NCBI GenBank assembly: GCA_963752255.1
Contig: CAVVXT010000019.1
Span: forward strand, 544,635-608,634
DNA: 64,000 nt
DNA from: Nitrososphaeria archaeon
GTDB lineage: Archaea > Thermoproteota > Nitrososphaeria > JACIWG01
Direction of reading: 5' to 3'
A program made the translations under genes and the position numbers. Under the pieces are notes generated by a model. The model had not been told where the DNA came from. It saw nothing but the letters and a program-made list of their open reading frames with translations, and made no database searches. This document shows positions 40,146 through 48,352 of the stretch, piece by piece. Position 1 is the first letter of the stretch. Each line of letters starts with the position of its first letter.

Positions 40146-40907
40146 CTAGTCCGCCTTAACAGACGACAATAAGAAGTTTCCTAAGGTTAGAAGACTTTTA
40201 GGTGGAAGATGCTCTATTCTTTCATCTCTGATCAAATCCACTTCCCTTGGAATAGCACATGGTTTCTGCGGAAGACGCTTGAGAACGGAATTCACCTTCT
40301 TTCCTCTGAAAGTGAAGAGCAGATTTATCTGTTTCCTTAACTTTACATTGATAACCTGAGGGTTCACAGGTTCGAACTTCACGATGCGAGAGTAAACCTT
40401 TGGAATCGGATTAAAGGCTTCCGGCGGGACTTCATCAAATACAGAAATCTTAAAGGAAAGTTGTGCGATAACGGATAACGCTCGAAAATTCTTCGCTTTC
40501 GGCTGTGCGAGAAGTTTTTCTACAAAATCTTTTTGCAATATAACAGTGGCCGACATAATATCCTTCTCCATAAGCCAATAGATAAAATCCTTAGAAATTG
40601 CATATGGAAGATTAGAAACAATCTTATTGAAAAAGTAATCACATTTTAAGCCGTTTCCGTTGACTAAAACCAGATTTGTACAGGAGGAGAGCCTTTCCTT
40701 TGCTAGATAAAAAAGTCTCCGGTCAATTTCGTAAGATATGACCTTATCTGGAATTTTACACAGACGCTCAGTTAAATCACCATATCCGGTGCCTATTTCT
40801 AGAACAGTATCGCCACAGTTTAATTCAGCAACCGATAAAATCCTATCTAGATAATAGGGATCGGCTATAAAATTTTGACCAAGTCGTTGGCCATGCTTCA
40901 CCTGCAT
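40146..40907 (-). CDS. ksgA: 16S rRNA adenine dimethyltransferase KsgA/Dim1
   Basis: LGQNF, LEIGTGYG, SNLPY, FNPIPKVYS. Confidence 0.92.
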   Translation of the reverse strand: MQVKHGQRLGQNFIADPYYLDRILSVAELNCGDTVLEIGTGYGDLTERLCKIPDKVISYEIDRRLFYLAKERLSSCTNLVLVNGNGLKCDYFFNKIVSNLPYAISKDFIYWLMEKDIMSATVILQKDFVEKLLAQPKAKNFRALSVIAQLSFKISVFDEVPPEAFNPIPKVYSRIVKFEPVNPQVINVKLRKQINLLFTFRGKKVNSVLKRLPQKPCAIPREVDLIRDERIEHLPPKSLLTLGNFLLSSVKAD

Positions 40908-41135
40908 CCCTCTGTATTTAGTGCGCCGCGTGGTGACGCATACATAATGCTCTCATAAAATATTGCTGGACCTACTTCCTTCCCTCTGTCAAAGGTATCT
41001 AGATCCTTTTTTAGCATTAAATCATCCCCAAAAAATGCGCAGTTGATACATTTTAAGTTTTAAAATAATCAACAGTTTGCAGATGAAAAAGCTAAATATT
41101 AAATAAGTAAGGGCTTTAATGCCCAGTGACTAGGT

Positions 41136-41594
41136 ATGACAACGGCTTATGAAGTTCCCGCGGATTTACTGATAGACAAGTTAGTGGAACATATTAAGAA
41201 TAATGTTGCACAGGTTACTCCGCCGGAATGGGCATTTTACGTAAAGACAGGGTCCCATGCAGAAAGACCGCCTCAGGACAAGAATTGGTGGTACAAGAGA
41301 GCAGCTTCTCTCATAAGGAAGATTTACTTATACGGACCGATAGGGATAGGGGACCTAAGAGGCATGTACGGTGGAGCAAAGACTACAGGATACGCCTTCA
41401 AACACCATAGGGATTCTGGGGGAGCAGCAGTAAGAAAGGTCATCCAACAGTTAGAAAGTGCGGGACTGGTAACTAAATTAGATAAAAAAGGAAGAATTCT
41501 AACTGGCAAAGGGAGAAGCGTTGTCGACAGAACGAGTAAAGAAATACTAGTGGAAATTGTTAAGAATCAACCCGAGTTAAAGAAGTATTTGTAG
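41136..41594 (+). CDS. rps19e: 30S ribosomal protein S19e
   Basis: PEWAFYVKTG, WWYKRAAS, QQLESAGLV. Confidence 0.95.
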   Translation: MTTAYEVPADLLIDKLVEHIKNNVAQVTPPEWAFYVKTGSHAERPPQDKNWWYKRAASLIRKIYLYGPIGIGDLRGMYGGAKTTGYAFKHHRDSGGAAVRKVIQQLESAGLVTKLDKKGRILTGKGRSVVDRTSKEILVEIVKNQPELKKYL

Positions 41595-41603
41595 TGATGA
41601 AAA

Positions 41604-41882
41604 ATGAGCGAGTACGAAGCTGCGCAGCCATCAAAGGGAGAAGATGACAAGAAAAAGCTCAGAGAACAAGTAATGAGACTTTTCCTGACCTCTGAGGCAA
41701 GGCAGCGTCTGAACAACGTTCGAATGGTGAAACCTGAAATAGCCGATTTTGTTGAAGAGCAGATAATTCAACTTGTTAATTCTGGAAAATTAAAGAGACA
41801 ATTGAATGAAGAGGAAGTTAAAGAAATATTAAGCAACATAGCAGGAAGGGAGAGGAGGGAATTCAAAATAAGGTGGGTATGA
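41604..41882 (+). CDS. PDCD5-like DNA-binding protein
   Basis: LTSEARQRLNNVRMVKPE. Confidence 0.9.
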   Translation: MSEYEAAQPSKGEDDKKKLREQVMRLFLTSEARQRLNNVRMVKPEIADFVEEQIIQLVNSGKLKRQLNEEEVKEILSNIAGRERREFKIRWV

Positions 41883-41884
41883 TC

Positions 41885-42040
41885 ATGGGATCAATAAAGA
41901 GTAAAGGTCTGAAAAGAAGACTCTTGATCGAAAATAAAATCTCTCAAAAGGTCCCTACTTGGGTTATGCTAAGGACAAAAATGAGGGTTAGAACAAATCC
42001 AAAGAGAAGGCACTGGAGAAGGAACAAGCTTAAACTTTAA
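41885..42040 (+). CDS. rpl39e: 50S ribosomal protein L39e (below ORF-track size cut-off)
   Basis: Manual translation MGSIKSKGLKRRL...VPTWVMLRT...NPKRRHWRRNKLKL*. Confidence 0.93.
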   Translation: MGSIKSKGLKRRLLIENKISQKVPTWVMLRTKMRVRTNPKRRHWRRNKLKL

Positions 42041-42051
42041 GGTGAAAAATT

Positions 42052-42312
42052 TTGTCCGAAAAGGAGTTCGAAGAAAGGACGATTGTCATCCCCCTTTGGA
42101 AGGCTCACAAAACAGGCAGCTACCTAAGGTCAAAGAAAGCTCTTTCCGTTTTAAGGGAAGAGGTTTCCAAGGTAGTCAAGGATGGAAATTTTGTTATAGA
42201 CAACAAACTCAATGAACAGATTTGGGCACAGGGCATCAGGAGGCCTCCAAGAAGAATCAAGGTTAAAGTAAAAAAGGATGAAGACGGAAAGATCATTGTT
42301 TCGTTGCCTTAA
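42052..42312 (+). CDS. rpl31e: 50S ribosomal protein L31e
   Basis: LNEQIWAQGIRRPPRRIKV. Confidence 0.92.
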   Translation: MSEKEFEERTIVIPLWKAHKTGSYLRSKKALSVLREEVSKVVKDGNFVIDNKLNEQIWAQGIRRPPRRIKVKVKKDEDGKIIVSLP

Positions 42313-42617
42313 TCTAAAAATTTTTTATAGACATTACCGCACTTCAGACAGTAAACTCTGATGTGCAATTTTGGTGAATTGACTATCCTTATCTTTGAGT
42401 CTATACCTATGAGAATGGGAGACTTACACTTCCTGCAGTAGAATAGCCTTTCAGGGTATGGCATACGTATATTAAACTTGAGAAGAATCCGTCGAGCGAC
42501 CTCTAACTGCTTTCTACTTATTTCTGGGTCGATAGATGCATAGTGCATTACGTTAGAGAAGATAATCTGTACACGCTCTACACCTATTCTCTTTTGCAGT
42601 CTCCTGTTCTTTTCCAC
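42309..42617 (-). CDS. rnp4: RNase P protein component 4 (Rpp21)
   Basis: ERVQII, YCRKC...CLKCG zinc ribbon. Confidence 0.85.
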   Translation of the reverse strand: MEKNRRLQKRIGVERVQIIFSNVMHYASIDPEISRKQLEVARRILLKFNIRMPYPERLFYCRKCKSPILIGIDSKIRIVNSPKLHIRVYCLKCGNVYKKFLD

Positions 42618-42676
42618 ATAAATCCGTCAATAACGTTAAATAAAAACGTAACATAAAAAGAGCAGGTGATCCGAAC

Positions 42677-43360
42677 ATGACTAGGATAACGCTGATCATA
42701 GCTGAATCTTCGCTTGAGATAATACCTGAAGAAGTAAGGAACGAAAAAATCATAAAAATGTTCTGTAAGAGGAAAGCTAAGCCCCCAGAACAGACACTCT
42801 TGGACCAGAGTTATCACCATAAAGCGATATTGAAACTTAATCAGCCTGAAAAGCGTGGCAGACCGGATATAGTGCATTTCAGCCTTCTTGAAGCAACTTC
42901 AATACCGTTATATTTCAGGGATCAATTAGACGTTTACCTTCATACAATAGATGACAAGGTAATCTGGATAGGAAAGGACGTAAGGCTGCCAAAGGTTTAT
43001 GAGAGATTTATCGGACTAATCGAGCAACTTTACGTTAAAAAGAGTATCAGCTATCAGGGCAAGGAACTTTTAAGACTCTCAAAGAGCTCATTGGAGGGAC
43101 TATTAAATGAAGTAAAGCCTTCAACGGTGATTGGGCTCTCTAGGATAGGGAAACACAGCGGCTTTGAAGCAGTTTCTGAGTATGCTCTAAAATATGAGAG
43201 ACCGGTCTTTGTAGTTGGAGGATTTGCAAGGGGACACTTTAGTGAAAGAAATCTTGAATTAATGAACAATGTTTTCTCGGTCAGCGAATACGGTCTTAAA
43301 GCACATGTCGTTGTTTCAAGGATCTTGTATGAAACAGAAAAACTTCTCAATATTTCTTGA
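42677..43360 (+). CDS. nep1: Nep1/Emg1 rRNA pseudouridine methyltransferase
   Basis: LLDQSYH, KRGRPDIVH, RLPKVYERF, GGFARG. Confidence 0.93.
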   Translation: MTRITLIIAESSLEIIPEEVRNEKIIKMFCKRKAKPPEQTLLDQSYHHKAILKLNQPEKRGRPDIVHFSLLEATSIPLYFRDQLDVYLHTIDDKVIWIGKDVRLPKVYERFIGLIEQLYVKKSISYQGKELLRLSKSSLEGLLNEVKPSTVIGLSRIGKHSGFEAVSEYALKYERPVFVVGGFARGHFSERNLELMNNVFSVSEYGLKAHVVVSRILYETEKLLNIS

Positions 43361-43538
43361 GCCTACCATCAATGTTTTAATATGGCTTTGGTTTACTTCT
43401 TTTTCTGTTCTCCGTTGATAATTATCTGATCCAGTTCATTAATCGTTTAATTATTGAACCATTTCTTGAATTTCTATAACCTTTGGTTTCATAATCAATG
43501 TATAGGTCTGAAAAGAGAAGACTTGGAGGTAAACTGTA

Positions 43539-44156
43539 TCAATTTAAATTAAAATGATCCATTTTTGGCAGAATCATCAATATCTCTTCTTTATCGCCAA
43601 TGGCTATATGTTTTTTCTTCAAGTAAAATTTTCCAACTAGAGCGCACGTAACCGCATCCAATTCATCTCCTGTTATCAAATCATTCAATTTTCCGACTCC
43701 AAACTTTTCTAATCCAGCCTTCAACTTCGATAGTCCATGCTGCTTTCTAGGAATCTTCATGATGTCCTGAGCAGCACCGGGATATGTTTCAATAACCTCC
43801 AACCCCTTCTTTTCTAAAATTTTCTTTAATCTAATCCCCCTTTCAGTCAACTTCCTCATAGGCCCAAGGGTTATTGGAAAGAATTTTATCTTCATCCTTA
43901 ACAATTCCCTGTCACATTCCCTCAAATGGATATTACTTTTAATTTTTAAGCTCCTCCTTCCCTTTGGCAGAGCCAACGGAGCATCTATAGCTACAACTTT
44001 AGGTCTTGTTTTGAGAGTTTCTTTTACGATCTCGTCATCTGTGTAGAGCAGAGAAGTCTTCACATTCATGTTTTGATTCATTACACAGAATCCGGTCGGC
44101 CTCGATTCAACTCCAGCTAAGTCAATTCCCACTATCATGAACTCTTCACACGACAC
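43539..44156 (-). CDS. DUF429 predicted RNase H-fold nuclease
   Basis: GIDLA, AIDAPL, RECDREL, IETYP, DELDA. Confidence 0.85.
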   Translation of the reverse strand: MSCEEFMIVGIDLAGVESRPTGFCVMNQNMNVKTSLLYTDDEIVKETLKTRPKVVAIDAPLALPKGRRSLKIKSNIHLRECDRELLRMKIKFFPITLGPMRKLTERGIRLKKILEKKGLEVIETYPGAAQDIMKIPRKQHGLSKLKAGLEKFGVGKLNDLITGDELDAVTCALVGKFYLKKKHIAIGDKEEILMILPKMDHFNLN

Positions 44157-44477
44157 TCAGAAGGTACGTTGAAACAAGATTTAATTATTATATATCAATA
44201 TGATGACATTCGTATATCAGTGAAGCCCCTAATTCTGCTTTGTCAAATATTTCTCAAAGCCAATACCAATTCGAAGAAAAATACTGAGTACAAAGGGCAC
44301 GGGACCGAAAAGTACGAGTAATTCACCAAGCTTATCAAGTAGTTTATGGTGATAATCATTACCTTAACCGTCAATCTCTGATTCTTTAACGTTAGATTCA
44401 TAAACAGATTTTTTACTGGCAAAAGATCAACTGATAATTTTATATATTAAGAGACTTTATCCATAAATGATTTTTTC

Positions 44478-45671
44478 ATGGATAGGATGAAGGCACCAGA
44501 TTTTGTTAAGGGCATCGCGATCATTGGAATTATCATGCAGCATTCATATGAAGGCATCTATGCCACTTCTCCTAGTCACGACCTTTTCTCATTTTTGAAG
44601 GAGGGGGTCTTCACCACTTACTTCAGATTCGACCTTAGCTCACTATCGTCCATTTCAAAGGGTATTTTGAAATTAACTGAAATGGGTTACCAAGGTGTTC
44701 ATGTCTTCGTCATAATCGCTGGTTTCCTTGCAATATATTCAACCAATAAGGTCGTATTTGAACCTTACCGATACTACGGGAGAAGGTTTTCACGAGTATA
44801 TCCCCTATACTGGATAGCCCTATCTGGGGTAATAGCGTTTGATGTGCTTGTGTACGGAAGGGCCTTGGGAGTGTATTTGGGAGGGGCAACAAATATGCAG
44901 ATTTTGGGGATGTATTTAGGCTTCTATGATAATAGTTCGAATGCTTGGGTTCTTAATCCAGCCCTGTGGTTCATAACCATGGTAATACAGCTTTTCATGT
45001 TCTTTCCACTCTTGCGTGGCCTTCTGATTCGTGTCAAGGATGTAACGTTTTTGGTTCTTATGGGAGCGTTATCGACGATTTTTCTATACATATTTATGAA
45101 TTCAAGTCCGCTTGCAGGTGACTTCGCAGGATGTTGGCTTTTCGAGTTCGCATTTGGTATGGTGTTAGCTAATCGATTTACAAAATTCGAGAAAATATTG
45201 TCCAGTTTCAAGTTCTTGATATTTCTTGTTCCAGTCTATTTTATAGGTTTCTACTTGGCGAACTTTGCTGTGGTTTGGCCTGTAGCAAGACAACTGTATG
45301 GTGTTTCTCTAACGTTATTCCTTTGGACTCTATACAATTTACTTGTCAAGGTGAAGTTTCTCAAGATTATTACTAGTGTTTTCGTTTTTGTCGGGGTCAA
45401 TTCCTATGCACTTTTTCTGATCAATCTGCCTTTCATACACAAATATTTTGATTTAGTAAGTAATCATACCGTTTCCTTTAATCTTCCAATATTTGGAAGT
45501 ACGTTTAATTTCATGCATCTCCCGATTCAGTCTTACCTAATAATTCTGTTAAGTTACATAGTGGTTATGTTATTTATAGCGTTTGTACTAACAAAAACTG
45601 ACAACTTCTTACATCGAAAACTATACTCTTGGGGCTCTAAACAGTCTGGCATGAAATACTCTGACAAGTAA
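44478..45671 (+). CDS. Acyltransferase-3 family membrane protein
   Basis: DFVKGIAI...H, GVHVFVIIAGF, RRFSRVYPLY, LWFI, SYALFL. Confidence 0.85.
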   Translation: MDRMKAPDFVKGIAIIGIIMQHSYEGIYATSPSHDLFSFLKEGVFTTYFRFDLSSLSSISKGILKLTEMGYQGVHVFVIIAGFLAIYSTNKVVFEPYRYYGRRFSRVYPLYWIALSGVIAFDVLVYGRALGVYLGGATNMQILGMYLGFYDNSSNAWVLNPALWFITMVIQLFMFFPLLRGLLIRVKDVTFLVLMGALSTIFLYIFMNSSPLAGDFAGCWLFEFAFGMVLANRFTKFEKILSSFKFLIFLVPVYFIGFYLANFAVVWPVARQLYGVSLTLFLWTLYNLLVKVKFLKIITSVFVFVGVNSYALFLINLPFIHKYFDLVSNHTVSFNLPIFGSTFNFMHLPIQSYLIILLSYIVVMLFIAFVLTKTDNFLHRKLYSWGSKQSGMKYSDK

Positions 45672-46001
45672 TTGGGTTTGAAACTTGAAATCAAAATATT
45701 CACGTAGCAGCAGTTCCAATAAGTCTATTCGTTTTGCTACCTTCGATGTAGATTCAGAAATTGATAGAGAAACTATTTATTTTATATTAAAGAATATATT
45801 TGAATAAAGGACTTGAAGTTCATTAATCTCGGATGGTTTCTGTTTGACTTCTTTGAAGAGGAAATCATGTACTAATGTATACTCGTGCCTAGATCAATTC
45901 CGGAAGACTAATCCACAAAATTTCGTAGAAAAATATTTAAAGTGAGTCGTCCGCCAACACTGTTACCGCCGTAGAAGGAAAGGACAGGACTACGGACAGA
46001 T

Positions 46002-46076
46002 GCGATCGTCGTCCAGCCTGGTCTAGGACATCAGCCCTCCAAGCTGGTAACCCGGGTTCAAATCCCGGCGGTCGCA
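46002..46076 (+). tRNA. tRNA-Gly(TCC) with C at position 33
   Basis: GCGATCG/CGGTCGC acceptor, TCAGC-CCTCCAA-GCTGG anticodon arm, TTCAAAT. Confidence 0.88.
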
Positions 46077-46153
46077 TTTCTAAGATTTATCAGGCCATAA
46101 ATGTGGACGAACACAAATATTTTTATGTGCTAATTTGGTTGGAATAAGTGCAT

Positions 46154-46231
46154 GGGCCGGTCGTCTAGTCTGGTTAGGACGACGCTCTGACACGGCGTAG
46201 GTCCCAGGTTCAAATCCTGGCCGGCCCACCA
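46154..46231 (+). tRNA. tRNA-Val(GAC), CCA encoded
   Basis: GGGCCGG/CCGGCCC acceptor, ACGCT-CTGACAC-GGCGT anticodon arm, TTCAAAT. Confidence 0.95.
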
Positions 46232-46367
46232 TCTACAGAGTATGAATATCTTTGTTGCTTCAGCATATCTCTCTAGGCTTAATTATATCTGGCAAGGACG
46301 TTCCTTTCTAATAGCATTCTTAACCCATTCGTCTTCAAAACATAAAACAGACCGGGTGGGGTCCAAG

Positions 46368-47005
46368 GCGTTTTCGGTGCTGGATTTGGTTCCGAAATTG
46401 TTGGTTCGAGACGGCCAGTATGCAACTAAATAATTAAGTGCATCCTTATTTGTCGAAATTTATTCGTGCTTTCTGGAATAGGAATCTAAATCACCAAACT
46501 CTTAAAATAATAAGGAGGCTAAATATAAAACTCTTGTTATTAGTTCCTTTGATAAAGAGAGCTTCTCTAGAGATAAGAGAACTGCTAGCCGACAATTGTA
46601 AAGTAAATGCATATCAGAGCAGCTATTACAGAATTGTATAGTAACCATGAAATATCATAAAAGGGTGCATCAACATTTTTTCTTAACATATAACTAATAA
46701 AAGCTATCATCGCCAATATCCACCCTATTCCTACATAATATTGCATGGGCCACCAAAGCGTGTTCCATCTTGGTAGGAGAACCATACTTATACTTACTAC
46801 ATTTGCCACTATCGAAGGTCTGGCTGTAAAATATTTTTCAGCCTTCAAAGAAGTTATGATTATAAATATAGGTAAGAAGTCGTACCACATTTGCATCCTA
46901 TTTAAAAATAGATACACGATTATTTATTATTTCTTTAATGCGCCTGTTTTTTCTAACAGGAAGGCTAATGCGTTTTCGGTGCTAAATTTGGTTCTGTTAT
47001 GTTGG
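46368..47005. repeat. Pair of imperfect ~36-bp direct repeats (46368-46404 and 46970-47005)
   Basis: gcgttttcggtgctggatttggttcc...tgttgg versus gcgttttcggtgctaaatttggttct...tgttgg. Confidence 0.8.
46585..46917 (-). CDS. Small hypothetical membrane protein between the repeats
   Basis: Hydrophobic 110 aa ORF in very AT-rich DNA. Confidence 0.4.
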   Translation of the reverse strand: MYLFLNRMQMWYDFLPIFIIITSLKAEKYFTARPSIVANVVSISMVLLPRWNTLWWPMQYYVGIGWILAMIAFISYMLRKNVDAPFYDISWLLYNSVIAALICIYFTIVG

Positions 47006-47172
47006 GTCAGTGGGTGAATGAGGTTGACCGAGTTGATTTGAAGTAGAGATAGAATTTACAAATTTTCTAGTAGTTTCTCCTTTTAATATGGTGTCAATAT
47101 TGTGAATTCAAACAACCTTTTGTTTTTTTATTTTATCTAAAACACTATTACCATCAATATTAATATTTTTTT

Positions 47173-47277
47173 TCATTCTTTATCCTCATTATGCTTAATC
47201 CAGAATTCCTTCAAGTCATCATAACTCTTCATCTTCTTTTTATTCCCCATCTCATCAACGATAACTATTTTTGTCAT
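47173..47277 (-). CDS. Very small hypothetical ORF (34 aa)
   Basis: MTKIVIVDEMGNKKKMKSYDDLKEFWIKHNEDKE* preceded by a GGTGA Shine-Dalgarno. Confidence 0.35.
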   Translation of the reverse strand: MTKIVIVDEMGNKKKMKSYDDLKEFWIKHNEDKE

Positions 47278-47421
47278 CAATTCACCTTCCTTAAAACTAT
47301 AATCATACTGGTGTCGATTGAGAATGGAAGTCCATGAACTGTCTTTACAACAAACTTGGAAAATCCATGCTTATTGAATACCTTTACATAATCGTCAGCA
47401 GTATAATAATTTTCCTTGACT

Positions 47422-47565
47422 TCATATTTCTTGAACAACTTCGCTAATCAGAGTAGTCTTGCCGATGCCGTGTTCGCCGAAAACAAAGGTATTGATGAGA
47501 TTTTTGGCATAAGACAATAGTTCAGTCCTCTCTCTATTCCTGTGCTCGATGAAGGTGTCTACCAT
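47422..47565 (-). pseudogene. Truncated AAA+/Cdc6-like ATPase N-terminus
   Basis: MVDTFIEHRNRERTELL...NTFVFGEHGIGKTTL...* has Walker A, then stops at 47 aa. Confidence 0.6.
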
Positions 47566-47607
47566 ACCTTAGAAATGTAGATAATCCAAAAAGAACCTTA
47601 CGAGTGT

Positions 47608-48195
47608 GTGAAGATTCCGTTTATTCCGTTACAGAATGCCTTCTTCAGTGGTCTTGAAATAACCCTTAAATCTCAAGTTTCTATAATTGATAATATGTTT
47701 AAGCTATCAGCAATAAAAAATTTTTTTATTGATAGAATTGTTTTGATTATCATTATGAGTTATACACTAATATTTACTATCTTAATGCTCCCTGTGTTTG
47801 TTATTTTCAATTTAAGCTTTGAATTGTCTTTTCTTATAGCTTTATTCTCGTTCTCTATTAATAGACTAATTGATTACAAATCTACATTAAAGGTAATAAA
47901 AGAAATTGATAAAGACTTTACGGAATATAAGTTTGAAAAGTACTACAGAGAATTGTCTCCAACACTCTCAAGCCACCCTAGTGAAAAGGAAGTTAAATCT
48001 TTAAGGACATTACTTTTAAATATACTTCTTTTTGGTATCCTTTTTGGATTGCCTTTAATTATATATCATACGTATCAATATGGAACTGATTTATGCCTCT
48101 CGTTTTTATTGGCAGCTCCTATTATATATCTAAACAATTCTCTTATGACTAGAAATATACAAATTACTAAGATGATTGTTAAAGATAAGAGATAA
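47608..48195 (+). CDS. Hypothetical membrane protein
   Basis: About 4 TM segments; start uncertain. Confidence 0.55.
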   Translation: MKIPFIPLQNAFFSGLEITLKSQVSIIDNMFKLSAIKNFFIDRIVLIIIMSYTLIFTILMLPVFVIFNLSFELSFLIALFSFSINRLIDYKSTLKVIKEIDKDFTEYKFEKYYRELSPTLSSHPSEKEVKSLRTLLLNILLFGILFGLPLIIYHTYQYGTDLCLSFLLAAPIIYLNNSLMTRNIQITKMIVKDKR

Positions 48196-48352
48196 CCCTT
48201 AAATTCTGATTTTTCTATAAATTTAGTATGATATCCTTAACTTTCTACTGCGGTGTTGGAGAAATTGATGGAAACAAGAGCCTTTTAGAAGATTCGGAAT
48301 TAAAAATAAATTAGTTAAATACAGGAAGGAATATAAAATATGAGGCATTGGA

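Noticed and set aside
40898-41017. 39-codon ORF overlapping the ksgA start
   Set aside because: No recognisable motif; cannot be supported as a gene from sequence alone
44198-44245. ATGATGA as the C box of a third sRNA
   Set aside because: No properly spaced CTGA D box or terminal stem
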